This document shows positions 10,988-20,757 of a stretch of DNA of 64,000 nt, in pieces. Location of the stretch: assembly GCA_003164295.1 (NCBI GenBank), contig PLTA01000012.1, positions 6,331 to 70,330 on the forward strand. The letters are read 5' to 3'. The DNA is from Candidatus Bathyarchaeota archaeon (GTDB taxonomy: Archaea > Thermoproteota > Bathyarchaeia > Bathyarchaeales > Bathycorpusculaceae). Position numbers and translations under genes: made by a program. Every line of letters begins with the position of its first letter. Position 1 is the first letter of the stretch. The notes below the pieces were generated by a model that was not told the origin of the DNA, did not search any database, and saw only the letters and a list, made by a program, of their open reading frames with translations.

Positions 10988-12232
10988 TTAATTTGAAGTT
11001 ACGGGAAAAAGACTGTAAGGGTTAGAAACTATTCGATCCTTCATGGATAGAATTTTTCGCGATGATCTAGCGCACATTACAAAAAATGGGGCAGGATCAT
11101 CACTTGCGAACCAAGCACTTTCTCGCACGCCACGAAACGATTTGGTCCATTGTCTAACGGTTAGAGTTTTTTCGCGATAGTAACGAAAACTTGAAACGAA
11201 ATCTCTGTCTTCAATGAACCATTTCCTACCTTCGACAATATTGCTTAACGGAACTTTTTGCCCAGTCATGTCAAGGTATTCAGCCCGAGGAGAATCTAAT
11301 CCATTGTCTCCTACAAGCAGACGAAAAGAGGCACCAATTCTGGGATTAACATCCAGTACTTTGTATTGTCCATCTCTTGCATCGTACCTGTATCCGATAT
11401 CAACTATTCCTTTATAACCAACACTTTTCATAAAACGCTTTGTTAATTTATCAACATCCTCGTTTTTTAAGCAAATACCTAACGAAGCTACGCCTGTATG
11501 AATGGGTGACTGCCGAATCTTCTTCCCAACTATAGAAAAAGGACATTCGGAATTTGAATCGAAATAACCATTTAGAAACCAAATGCAATCATCGCCACCC
11601 GGGATATATTCTTGTAACATAAAACTCGGATTCGCTACATCCTCATACTTGTGATAGAAATCAAAAAGTTCAGTTCTGTTTTTTGCTATAAACATTCTTT
11701 TTGGAGCATGAGGGGCGCGAAAAATCTCTTTAACTATTATCGGAAAAACGGCTTCTTTGAGGTATGATTCCAAATCAGACATCGATTGAGGAAAACTTGT
11801 CTCGGGTGTTGGAATTCCGTGTTTTTTCGCTAGAAAATACAGCCCTTTCTTGCTGGCGAGTCCTCGAACTATTTCTGGAGAAATCCGGGGAAATATGTAC
11901 CAGTCGCTTAATTCATCTGCATGATCCGCGAGCATTGTTGAGCTGTTATCTGTAGTGTGTATCAGCAATGACTTTTTGCCGATTTTTCTACCTATATCCA
12001 GCAAGTACTGAACAGTTTCTTCTGGTTTGGCTCCGTCTACATCCCACAAAAACTTTCCTTTACAATACCTAGAAAACAATCCTGGAGCAGTAGGATCTGG
12101 ATCAATGCCTCTAACGGCTATTCCAAGGCGACCAAAACTTCGAATTGCTCCCAGCTGACCATAATGGTAAACATACATTATAACAACTGGAACTGATGTG
12201 TCTTCAATAGACATCTGCTTGGTTTCAACCAT
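10988..12232 (-). CDS. ATP-grasp carboxylate-amine ligase, D-aspartate ligase-like (COG3919-type)
   Basis: IRSFGRLGI, SRYC, PIIVK, QEYIPG, K(K)IRQ.P, DARDGQYKVLDVNPR, DDPAPF. Confidence 0.85.
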   Translation of the reverse strand: MVETKQMSIEDTSVPVVIMYVYHYGQLGAIRSFGRLGIAVRGIDPDPTAPGLFSRYCKGKFLWDVDGAKPEETVQYLLDIGRKIGKKSLLIHTTDNSSTMLADHADELSDWYIFPRISPEIVRGLASKKGLYFLAKKHGIPTPETSFPQSMSDLESYLKEAVFPIIVKEIFRAPHAPKRMFIAKNRTELFDFYHKYEDVANPSFMLQEYIPGGDDCIWFLNGYFDSNSECPFSIVGKKIRQSPIHTGVASLGICLKNEDVDKLTKRFMKSVGYKGIVDIGYRYDARDGQYKVLDVNPRIGASFRLLVGDNGLDSPRAEYLDMTGQKVPLSNIVEGRKWFIEDRDFVSSFRYYREKTLTVRQWTKSFRGVRESAWFASDDPAPFFVMCARSSRKILSMKDRIVSNPYSLFPVTSN

Positions 12233-12342
12233 TCTTGTCCAACCGATAATGCAGATAATCCATGACTTTTTTCGAGAATTCTACAAGAAAAAATCATTGT
12301 TTTAATAATTTCAAGAATTCTGAACATCATTTTGAAAGAGAC

Positions 12343-13116
12343 TTACATATGTCCTGTGTACCGCTTTCTGACGACGACATCATGAATCATGTAAATTAGG
12401 GTTACAATATCGAAGACCGGCAAACCCGTGGCTTCTTGAAGCGCAGCTGAGCCTGGAGGAAAATTTGTGCATTCCAAAACAAACGCTCCAAGGTCGGGAT
12501 TCTGAGATACCATTTGTTTACCCAACGTCGAAAGGGCTCTTTCCCATCCATTTAACCTTTTTTCTGGATTTTGACCACGCACCATGGACCAATACTTATC
12601 CAGCCCAGCTACAGCAACTGGTACAGAATCGTCAATTCCAGACTTTTGAAGGTGAGTTTTCGTGAGGACGAAACCGTTTGCGCAAATTATGCCTATCCTT
12701 TGGTTTTTTCCAAGCATTTTGGAAACCAATGGTACTTGGATAAGGCTTGAGGTAAATATTGGAACGTTCAATGCTTCTGCGAGCTCATCTTGGAAGTAAC
12801 TTAGGTAGCCGCAGCTTGTTGTTATTGCTCTGACGCCTTCATCTTGGAGTTTCTTGGCTTCTTCAATGTAGCGGTTGCAGACGGAAACGTCTGGTTTCTC
12901 ACAAACCATATCCTTGACAAATATTCCTTTTACAACTTTAAATCTGACTGGGAAAGGATAGGTGGTTGCGTTTGCAATGTCTCCGGGTATTCGCGGAAAC
13001 GGGTTATCAACAACCAAGACGCCTATAGCTTGCCCGTAAACTTGTCGAAGTTTTGGAGGGTTAAATTTGTCCGAAACTTTTTCAAGTTCTCTAAGCGCAA
13101 TATCTTTTGCTATCAA
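12343..13116 (-). CDS. Aspartate/glutamate racemase family protein
   Basis: FPRIPGDIANA N-motif and two cysteine motifs TTSCG and LECTNFPP. Confidence 0.82.
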   Translation of the reverse strand: MIAKDIALRELEKVSDKFNPPKLRQVYGQAIGVLVVDNPFPRIPGDIANATTYPFPVRFKVVKGIFVKDMVCEKPDVSVCNRYIEEAKKLQDEGVRAITTSCGYLSYFQDELAEALNVPIFTSSLIQVPLVSKMLGKNQRIGIICANGFVLTKTHLQKSGIDDSVPVAVAGLDKYWSMVRGQNPEKRLNGWERALSTLGKQMVSQNPDLGAFVLECTNFPPGSAALQEATGLPVFDIVTLIYMIHDVVVRKRYTGHM

Positions 13117-13309
13117 AAATATTCACCTAATAACATAATTTGCGACTTGTGGCGTTCAGTTTTTCGATGAAAATTTGATTTTTCTGACTAATTTAGACTT
13201 ATTAGACCTATTTAAACTCAACCCGCAAAAGCCAAAAACACTAAATCAAAAAGCAACCCAAAAGACAAACAAAAATTTTGACCAAAAATGTTCCCGTTTT
13301 ATCAAACGC

Positions 13310-13912
13310 CTAAGTTGAAGTCATATTCAATATAAGATCTACAAAACGGTCATTGTATTGGAAACTGCTGATTGTGCTATTGTATATCCAGAGTTCAAAA
13401 ATCAAGTTGCCGTAGTACTGGTTTGTCAGTGGGTTCCAATCCGAAGTTGTGCCGCCTAAATTCAGATTTAAGCCATTCAATATTAGACTGTTATAGGTAA
13501 CTTGTTGTAAGTTATTGTTTTCCTGGTAATCTATAGAAAAGGTGATTGGTATTTCCAGGCTTTCTTTGTTTGCAACAACCATATTAAAGTTATATAGGGA
13601 AGGCAAGCTGCTTGCGGTTTGGTTGAAGGTATCGGGTCCAGATTGAGTTTCATTGCGAAACTTTACTTCAACCTGATAATACGCAACAGAACCCAACTGA
13701 TTTGTAATTCCTAACGAGATATTGTAGCTTTCATTTCTAACTATTCCATAGGGATAGTTCTCAGCCGTGTGATTGGAACTAAGCATTGAAAGCTCAGTAA
13801 AAAACTCAGTCTGAGGATAAACCAAAACTCTCTGTAACGCAGGTGAAGCAACCAGCAACGCCAAAATGGCAATCACCACAATAAACAAAGCCTTATACTG
13901 AGTCAGATTCAC
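13310..13912 (-). CDS. DUF1616-family membrane-anchored protein
   Basis: N-terminal TM, EFFTELSML...NYP, LGITNQLG...Y, LIFELW. Confidence 0.7.
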   Translation of the reverse strand: MNLTQYKALFIVVIAILALLVASPALQRVLVYPQTEFFTELSMLSSNHTAENYPYGIVRNESYNISLGITNQLGSVAYYQVEVKFRNETQSGPDTFNQTASSLPSLYNFNMVVANKESLEIPITFSIDYQENNNLQQVTYNSLILNGLNLNLGGTTSDWNPLTNQYYGNLIFELWIYNSTISSFQYNDRFVDLILNMTST

Positions 13913-14379
13913 TTTTTCGCTCCTTCACTGTTTCCATATTTCCGCTTCAACAAAACCCAAACCGCAACGCCTCCAACAACCACCACAACGGAGCCAAGAA
14001 TTGAACCAACAAAATACAAGGTGCCTATGGTTCGATTTTGTGCAGCCGTAGCCTGCAGAGAATTAGCATTTGAAACAAAATTTGATAAGACATTCTGGCT
14101 CTGAGATGCATAATTCTGGGCATCTCCATAATTGCCATTTGAATATGCTAGCTGAGCATTTGACAACAGCAAACCAGCATCATTTAGAGTGGAAGTTAAC
14201 TGGGAAATGTTTGCCCCGGCAGCTTCCGCAGATCTGGCTGCATCGAAACAGCTTACAAGTTTGCTCTGAGCCGCAGAAATAGCCGATGCCGCACTGCTTT
14301 GGGCAGTAACAACCGAGGGCATAATCAATAAAACAGCGATAGACGCCGCTAAAAACAAAATGCCAATTCGCAAGCGCAA
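13909..14379 (-). CDS. Hypothetical exported protein with C-terminal TM anchor
   Basis: Signal peptide, Ala-rich helical body, C-terminal TM plus KRK; 4-bp overlap with DUF1616 gene. Confidence 0.7.
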   Translation of the reverse strand: MRLRIGILFLAASIAVLLIMPSVVTAQSSAASAISAAQSKLVSCFDAARSAEAAGANISQLTSTLNDAGLLLSNAQLAYSNGNYGDAQNYASQSQNVLSNFVSNANSLQATAAQNRTIGTLYFVGSILGSVVVVVGGVAVWVLLKRKYGNSEGAKK

Positions 14380-14815
14380 AACTTAACTCCCCACTGTATG
14401 AAAAATTAGACTTAACTCTCTCCAATCCCTCCCTGACAGGAGCGGACAAGAAAAGATTCGCCTAAACCAAGCGATAAGTTATTCTTTTTTCAACGTTTCA
14501 TCTTTTGTCAAATATTGATTTAAACATGTCGGAATAAACCCCAGATTAATTGCGTAGAACAAAACTAATTTGTTCTGTAACTGAAAGGTTAGGATATACC
14601 TCCGTAGCAAATTAACTTACCATTGTGTCAGCCACGTTAAATATAACCTTTATTCCAAACAACACAATTGCCAGAACTGAAAAACAACAATGCATTTGAG
14701 CGCAATTTGTTTCTAAACACAATTATTGAAGAAAATACAGAAAAAATCATAACTTCATAATTAACCCTTAATCTTGACTATTTTCGCCTCTGGCAAAGGT
14801 TCAATTCTAATCAGT

Positions 14816-14998
14816 TCAAGGTTGCATAACCTTTTCTGGTTTGGGAACAAAGTTTGTAAGGCTTTTTTGAACAGAAAAGGTTTGTTTTTGTCTTAATTCT
14901 CTAATTGAAGCGACAAAGTGAAAAGCCCAGCCAATGCAACATAGAAAGACAGCTATGGGCATTAACAGGAAGGTTTTGATTCTGTTTTGCCTTCGCAT
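14816..14998 (-). CDS. Small hypothetical membrane protein
   Basis: 60 aa, basic N-terminus plus one TM; TATA-like TCTTATTA upstream. Confidence 0.45.
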   Translation of the reverse strand: MRRQNRIKTFLLMPIAVFLCCIGWAFHFVASIRELRQKQTFSVQKSLTNFVPKPEKVMQP

Positions 14999-15177
14999 GG
15001 ATTGCTATGAACATCTAACGACTAATAAGACTTACGCAAGAACCCCCAAATGCAATTCGTAGTCGTTCCAGGCAGAAAACCATTTTTGAGATCACACTAC
15101 CCAAAAACTAAATAGGGATTTCGTGGGTTTTGCAACATTTAAATTCTACTTTGACGTAAAGTTGGGAAGGGACTGTT

Positions 15178-16350
15178 ATGTCAACCCAAATTTTTGCAAA
15201 AGACATTTATTCAAAAGATTATAACGCCGTTCAAGAAAACGATACATTATCTAGATGTATTGAAGCATTTGAAAAAGGAAAGCCTCCAGTTTTGGCCGTT
15301 TTAGATGACAAAGGCAAATATGTGGCCATGATAAGTAGGCGCACCATTTTAAGGTCAAGGCTTGACCCCACTACAACTAAAGTTAAAACTTTGATGAAGG
15401 TTGCGCCTCCAGTTACTTTTGATTTTTCAGCTAGTAAAATTGCAAAGTTGATGATTGAAAGTGAGATGAGGCAGCTTCCTGTTTTTGAAAAGAACAAGAT
15501 AGTGGGGTTTGTGACTGATGAGGATATTATTCATGCAGCTGTCATTGATGAGTGGGGTAAAACGCCGATTGAGAAAATAATGACTAAGGCGCCCTGTTCA
15601 TTGGAAACAAATCGGTCTGTGGGAGCTGTTCTTAGTTTAATGAGAGAAAGCGGTATCTCGCATGTTCCAATTATGGAAAATGGAAAACTTGTGGGCATAA
15701 TTACAATTGAAGATATTTTGCAAAACATCTATTGGCCGCAAAGACACCAAACCACAGGAGATATTGTTGGAGAAAAACTTGAAACATTAAGCATCCCAGC
15801 TAAAGGAATAATGGCTAGACCGGCTATCTCTGTTGAACCTCCAACGAGCTTACGAGACGCCGAGAAACTCATGCATGACCGAGATATATCATGTTTAGCA
15901 ATAGTTACAAACGAGCGGATTGTCGGAATTGTCACCAAACTTGACTTTCTTGAACCAATTTCGCAATTAGAACATGCCGAGAAAAAATTGTCAATACAGT
16001 TCGGCGTTAAAGATATCGAAATAACTCCTGACCAACAAGGATTCATGATGGACGAATTCGATTCATTCACACATCGATACCAAGAAGCATTCCAACTGGG
16101 AACATTGTTTGTATACATGAAAAGCCATGGCAACACTAACCTAAGAGGGACCCCGCTGGTTCACTGCCGCTTACAGTTCCGAACAGTAAGGGGCACGTTC
16201 TTTAGTGCAAGCGAAGGTTGGGGTGTTGAACCAACTTTTAGAGTAGCGTTAGATCGACTCGACCGCAGACTGCTCAGAAGCAAAGAACTGCTTGCATACA
16301 ATCCTAAATACGCCAAAGATTATATGCGCAAGATTGGGTTACCTCAATAA
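15178..16350 (+). CDS. 4xCBS-domain protein with C-terminal HPF/RaiA-like domain (Hib-type ribosome hibernation factor)
   Basis: Four CBS repeats (RQLPV..IVGFVT, SHVPI..LVGIIT, etc.); last ~120 aa (IQFGVKDIEIT...FFSASEGWGVEPTFRVALDRLDRRLLRSKE) follow the HPF beta-alpha-beta-beta-beta-alpha pattern. Confidence 0.78.
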   Translation: MSTQIFAKDIYSKDYNAVQENDTLSRCIEAFEKGKPPVLAVLDDKGKYVAMISRRTILRSRLDPTTTKVKTLMKVAPPVTFDFSASKIAKLMIESEMRQLPVFEKNKIVGFVTDEDIIHAAVIDEWGKTPIEKIMTKAPCSLETNRSVGAVLSLMRESGISHVPIMENGKLVGIITIEDILQNIYWPQRHQTTGDIVGEKLETLSIPAKGIMARPAISVEPPTSLRDAEKLMHDRDISCLAIVTNERIVGIVTKLDFLEPISQLEHAEKKLSIQFGVKDIEITPDQQGFMMDEFDSFTHRYQEAFQLGTLFVYMKSHGNTNLRGTPLVHCRLQFRTVRGTFFSASEGWGVEPTFRVALDRLDRRLLRSKELLAYNPKYAKDYMRKIGLPQ

Positions 16351-16507
16351 GCATTAACCCTTCCGCAAATATCTACCATCTTTTCTTTTCCTTTCAAGTT
16401 TTGTAAAGATTTTGGTAAAAAAAATATCCCATCGCCTATACCACAATTTTATGTTTTCCAATGTTTTAGAAAGCCTTTTTTAAACTTGGATAACTAGTTT
16501 AGAAGCT

Positions 16508-17029
16508 ATGCGTTTGAATGCCATTACAGAGACAATTCGAAGCAGACGGTTTTGGGTTTGGCAGTTAGGCGGTATTGTAATTTACGGTTTGCCTGCAGCT
16601 ATACGCCTCGGTACTGGCAGTGATTATTTGCCTGTCTTGGGTTTGTTTGAGGTCCCATGGATTGGCCACTTTATTCCAGGCAACATTGTAGAGAAAATTT
16701 TGGTTAACGCTTTTTTTCCAGGTGCCGCAGGAGCAGTTGCAGGCGAAATCTTTTACTCCAAAACTCATGGAGAGGTTTTCAGTAGAAGACAAAAATATTT
16801 GGCTCGGCTTGGCGGCGCATTGCTGTGGACTGCGGCTTGGTCGCTTTTTCAGTTTTGGGGCAACCTGCAGAACATAGCAGGTCCATGGGGAGGCAACATT
16901 TTTGAGTACCCGATGGTTTATCCGATTAATTTCGTATTAGCTTCATTTTCGATTTTTACTCCGACAATAGTTGGTTTTCTTAAAACAAAAATAGTCAACG
17001 GTTACCACAGGCTAAAGTCAATACACTAA
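16508..17029 (+). CDS. Hypothetical integral membrane protein
   Basis: About 4 hydrophobic segments; TATA TTTTTAAA ~25 nt upstream of ATG. Confidence 0.7.
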   Translation: MRLNAITETIRSRRFWVWQLGGIVIYGLPAAIRLGTGSDYLPVLGLFEVPWIGHFIPGNIVEKILVNAFFPGAAGAVAGEIFYSKTHGEVFSRRQKYLARLGGALLWTAAWSLFQFWGNLQNIAGPWGGNIFEYPMVYPINFVLASFSIFTPTIVGFLKTKIVNGYHRLKSIH

Positions 17030-17322
17030 ATTAATTTGTTAGTTTTTATGGTATATTCTGCTTTGAAGGTTCTTGAGTTAATTTCCCGTGTCTTGCCAAC
17101 TTTCAACTCTGCTTTCCCTGTTAATGCTTTGAACTGATCGGCGAAACCCTCAACAATATCAAGTATGCCGCAACCATAGCAGAAACCCCCAGAAAACGAA
17201 ATCGTAAGCAATTCTGGCGAAGCAAAGATGAGTTTAGCTGTAACTTCGGGGCTCCGAACTCTGTTATATAACGTAATGACTTTTCGAACGAGCTCTTCTA
17301 GTTCTGCCTGAGAAAGCGACAT
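17026..17322 (-). CDS. Small CxxC protein (NifU-C-like fold)
   Basis: YNRVRSPE...FSGGFCYGCG; co-oriented downstream of pyrK. Confidence 0.6.
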   Translation of the reverse strand: MSLSQAELEELVRKVITLYNRVRSPEVTAKLIFASPELLTISFSGGFCYGCGILDIVEGFADQFKALTGKAELKVGKTREINSRTFKAEYTIKTNKLI

Positions 17323-17331
17323 GATGGAGCC

Positions 17332-18150
17332 TTAGACTGGGATTCTTGAGCCGTCAAAGCCAATCTTTGAAATCCCTAATTCATCCTTGACTTCGCGTAG
17401 CTGTGCAGCGTTGAAAACGGGTCCGTCTCTGCAAACACGGTATTTGCCAATCATGCAGCTTCCACATAATCCAATTCCGCAGCGCATCAACCGCTCAAGG
17501 CTTGCTTCTAAGGGCAGTTTGCGTTGTTCGGTTAATTCAAAAACTTTTTTAACCATAACTTCTGGACCGCATGTGTAAATCATGTCAAATTTTTCTTTGT
17601 CCAAAAGTTTGCCCAGCGGCTCTGTTACCAGGCATTGCAAACCGTAAGTGCCATCGTTAGTTGTAGTGATAATGTTTTTTTCGCTACAGACACCTCTGAG
17701 CTCTCGTGTAAAGAGAAGTTCATCTTTAGTTTTGGCGCCCTCAACAAAGGACAATCGCTCCGTTTTAGCTGAGAGCTGCTTTGCCAAAAACAGTAAAGGA
17801 GCGGTTCCTGTTCCGCCGCTTATCAATAGGACTTTGCCTCGACTTTCAGTGAAGCTGTTGCCGAAGGGCCCACGTACTCCGATGGTTGCTCCTGCTTCCA
17901 TATTGTGTAGGTGGCGTGTTGCGTCTCCAACTGCTTTCACGGAGACTGAAACTAACCCATTGCTTGTGTCCATTATGCTCAGGGGGATTTCGTCTATGCC
18001 TGGAATCCAAAGCATCAAGAACTGCCCGGGCTTAGCTTTTGTACATAACCTATCCGATATTATGAAGGTTTTAACTGTGGGGCTCTCAGGTCTGATTTGT
18101 ACTATTTCGCTTGTTCTTATTGGATTAACTGCGGTGAGCGAGGTTGACAA
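17332..18150 (-). CDS. pyrK: Dihydroorotate dehydrogenase electron transfer subunit
   Basis: KPGQFLM, RGPFG, GGTGTAP, TCGPEVM, MRCGIGLCGSC...VCRDGPVF 2Fe-2S motif. Confidence 0.95.
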   Translation of the reverse strand: MSTSLTAVNPIRTSEIVQIRPESPTVKTFIISDRLCTKAKPGQFLMLWIPGIDEIPLSIMDTSNGLVSVSVKAVGDATRHLHNMEAGATIGVRGPFGNSFTESRGKVLLISGGTGTAPLLFLAKQLSAKTERLSFVEGAKTKDELLFTRELRGVCSEKNIITTTNDGTYGLQCLVTEPLGKLLDKEKFDMIYTCGPEVMVKKVFELTEQRKLPLEASLERLMRCGIGLCGSCMIGKYRVCRDGPVFNAAQLREVKDELGISKIGFDGSRIPV

Positions 18151-19063
18151 TCTCTTTTACACTCCTATAATTTTTCTTTCTCAAATAAACTTCCACGCCT
18201 TTAGTTATAGTTTGAAAAACCTCTGGGTTCTCCAACCCAATGGCTGTGCCAACTTGAACGGCTGAAGCACCTGCCAACATAAACTCGACTGCATCTTTCC
18301 AATCAGTTATTCCTCCGCAACCTATTATGGGCACATCGGGCAATGCCTCGCGGACGTCATAAACGCAGCGCAGAGCTACGGGCTTTACTGCTGGACCAGA
18401 TAATCCGCCTTTAAGATTACTTAAAATTGGCCGCATCGTTTCAGAATCAATCGCCATTGCTTTAAGCGTGTTAACAGCAGTTAAGACGTCTGCTCCAGCC
18501 TCAACGGCAGCCCTAGCTGTCACAGTTATATCCGCTACGTTTGGCGAAAGCTTCACAAGTATAGGTTTGCCGATTGCCGCTTTTACTTTTTCAACTACTT
18601 CAGCCAGGTGCTTGGGGTTTTGACCAATTTCCGCCCCAGTAAATTGCACATGAGGACAGGAAACGTTCAGTTCCACCGCATCTGCACCTGCAGCAACGGC
18701 TTTTTTAGCAACTGTAGCATATTCATCTGCTGAATAGCCAAACACGCTCACAATAACTGGGACACGGAGAAGGGTTTTACAAAACTTTATTTCTTGAGCA
18801 TAAACGTCTATACCGGGGTTGGGTAATCCCATGGCATTGATTATTCCCGCTTCTGCTTGCACCACTGTTGGGTTTGGGTATCCAACTCGGGGTTCTATGC
18901 CTATGGATTTTGTGACTACTCCACCTGCGCCGCCTTTCGCAACGCGATTTAAGGATTCAGCTGAATAACCCAAAACGCCAGAGGCTAGAATAGTTGGGTT
19001 TTCCAACTGTAAACCAGCTACGTTTGTACTTAGTAGATTGTTTTCCAATTTTGTTCTCACCAT
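18125..19063 (-). CDS. pyrD: Dihydroorotate dehydrogenase family 1B catalytic subunit
   Basis: NAMGLPNPG, ELNVSCPH, VKLSPN, GGLSG, AGASAVQVGT. Confidence 0.95.
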   Translation of the reverse strand: MVRTKLENNLLSTNVAGLQLENPTILASGVLGYSAESLNRVAKGGAGGVVTKSIGIEPRVGYPNPTVVQAEAGIINAMGLPNPGIDVYAQEIKFCKTLLRVPVIVSVFGYSADEYATVAKKAVAAGADAVELNVSCPHVQFTGAEIGQNPKHLAEVVEKVKAAIGKPILVKLSPNVADITVTARAAVEAGADVLTAVNTLKAMAIDSETMRPILSNLKGGLSGPAVKPVALRCVYDVREALPDVPIIGCGGITDWKDAVEFMLAGASAVQVGTAIGLENPEVFQTITKGVEVYLRKKNYRSVKEIVNLAHRS

Positions 19064-19237
19064 TAATCTAGTTATTTTAGTTTAAAGAGATAAGTTTCTT
19101 TAGACCAAAATCTGAGTCTAAAAGCTATTTAATTTTAGTTGCTTCTTGCTTTTAATGTTTACTTTTAACCTGTTTAGTCGATTTTTGCGATAAAAAGAAA
19201 AATGAGAGGTTAAACTGACCTAAAATGTTAAGAATGC

Positions 19238-19288
19238 TTATTTCTTCTTTTTAACCTTTTTTTCTACCTTTTTTGGAGCCTTAGCCAC
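19238..19288 (-). CDS. Putative 16-aa lysine-rich peptide MAKAPKKVEKKVKKKK
   Basis: GTG start at 19288, TAA at 19240-19238, GAGGT SD 7 nt upstream, TTTTAAATA box further upstream. Confidence 0.45.
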   Translation of the reverse strand: MAKAPKKVEKKVKKKK

Positions 19289-19599
19289 TGCATTAACCTC
19301 AAATCTATAATTGCGTTCAATTTGTATTTAAAATTTGTTAAAGGCTTAATGCTCTGGCGCAAGTGTTAAAATAGCTCAATTACTGGCGCTATAAGACAAA
19401 TAACCTTAAAAAATGGCGACTAATTTAGACTTTTTTCCATGCTTTTTTTGCACGTCAGTTTTAACATTTATATGTCAATGTCAAAGGCTTGGTTTTAGCA
19501 TACTGGAAACTCTTTTATAGCCGAGCGATGTAAAAAATTACACAGCTTTGAAAAATTATTCATCAGATAAAAAATGGGCATCCAGTTATTCTCGGATTA

Positions 19600-20379
19600 A
19601 TGGGGAATGAGATGTTGAAAGACGTCCAAAATGAAAAACCTGAAAACGAGATTGAATTAAACAAAGTTGGGGTAGAAGGACTAAGAAAATACGTAATAGT
19701 AAAAAGTCCGACAAAAAACTATCACACAATCGTAACTATTAATAGCTACATAAAATTGCCCTCCAACCTCCGCGGCGTACATATGAGCAGGTTCGCTGAG
19801 TCCATAGAAGAAATTCCAGAAGAAACAACTTCAATTGAGGACTTAGCGGAAAAAATCTCTGAAACCTCCTTAACAAAACATCATTTTGATTGCTGCACTA
19901 AAGTGTTCTGTGAGTTTCCATTTGAACGAACAAGGCCAAATGGCGAAAAAGAAAATGGCATAGCTCAAATGTCCGCTAAATATTCAACTTCAACTGGCAG
20001 GAAAACTTTGGGTGTTTCAGTTAATGGTGCACTTGCGTGTCCATGTTCAAAGGAAATGTGTAATGGTTTAACTCATAACCAACGTGGAAATTTAAGTATA
20101 GATATTGATGTTTCGAAAGGTAAAGTTGAATCGTCAGATATTATCAGGGTTTGCAGTGAAAGTTTTAGTTCGCCGACATTTTCGATTTTGAAAAGACCTG
20201 AAGAAAAGAAGCTTGTTGAGCAGATGCATGAAAACGCAAGGTTCGTTGAAGATGTAGTTAGGAAATGCGTTCAGTCTCTTAGAGAAAAATACTCCAGTAG
20301 GTACTGTGTCATAAAATGTTCAAGTTACGAATCTATTCATGACCATAATGCCTATTCTGAGTGGCGAGGAATGCTTTAG
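19600..20379 (+). CDS. folE2: GTP cyclohydrolase FolE2/MptA family (COG1469)
   Basis: DVQ..VGV, RGVHMSRF, ACPCS, THNQRG, LKRPEE, RFVEDVVR, ESIHDHNA. Confidence 0.9.
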   Translation: MGNEMLKDVQNEKPENEIELNKVGVEGLRKYVIVKSPTKNYHTIVTINSYIKLPSNLRGVHMSRFAESIEEIPEETTSIEDLAEKISETSLTKHHFDCCTKVFCEFPFERTRPNGEKENGIAQMSAKYSTSTGRKTLGVSVNGALACPCSKEMCNGLTHNQRGNLSIDIDVSKGKVESSDIIRVCSESFSSPTFSILKRPEEKKLVEQMHENARFVEDVVRKCVQSLREKYSSRYCVIKCSSYESIHDHNAYSEWRGML

Positions 20380-20392
20380 GTGGACCCGGTGA

Positions 20393-20755
20393 ATGTATAG
20401 GTTAAGAGTGGAATCTGAATTTGACGCTGCCCACAAATTGGAGGGCTATAAAGGCAAATGCTCTAACCTGCATGGGCACACCTATAGAGTCGAAGCTTTT
20501 TTTCTCGCTAAGCAAATAGATTCAATAGGCGTTTCAATTGATCTTAGAGCCCTAAAAGAAAAATTGCATAAAATAACTGAACAATTTGACCACAGTTACC
20601 TTAATGATTTCAAGGAATTGGGCAATCCATCAACTGAAAACATTTCCCGCTACATTTTCCAACGCTTAAAAGATAATTTGCCAAGTGAAGCAGTTTTGGA
20701 TAGGGTCAGGGTTTGGGAAACGCCCAAGAGCTGGTGTGAATATTTTGAAAACTAA
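20393..20755 (+). CDS. queD: 6-carboxy-5,6,7,8-tetrahydropterin synthase (PTPS family)
   Basis: FDAAH, KCSNLHGHTY (CxxxHGH), DHSYLN, PSTEN, VWET. Confidence 0.9.
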   Translation: MYRLRVESEFDAAHKLEGYKGKCSNLHGHTYRVEAFFLAKQIDSIGVSIDLRALKEKLHKITEQFDHSYLNDFKELGNPSTENISRYIFQRLKDNLPSEAVLDRVRVWETPKSWCEYFEN

Positions 20756-20757
20756 CC

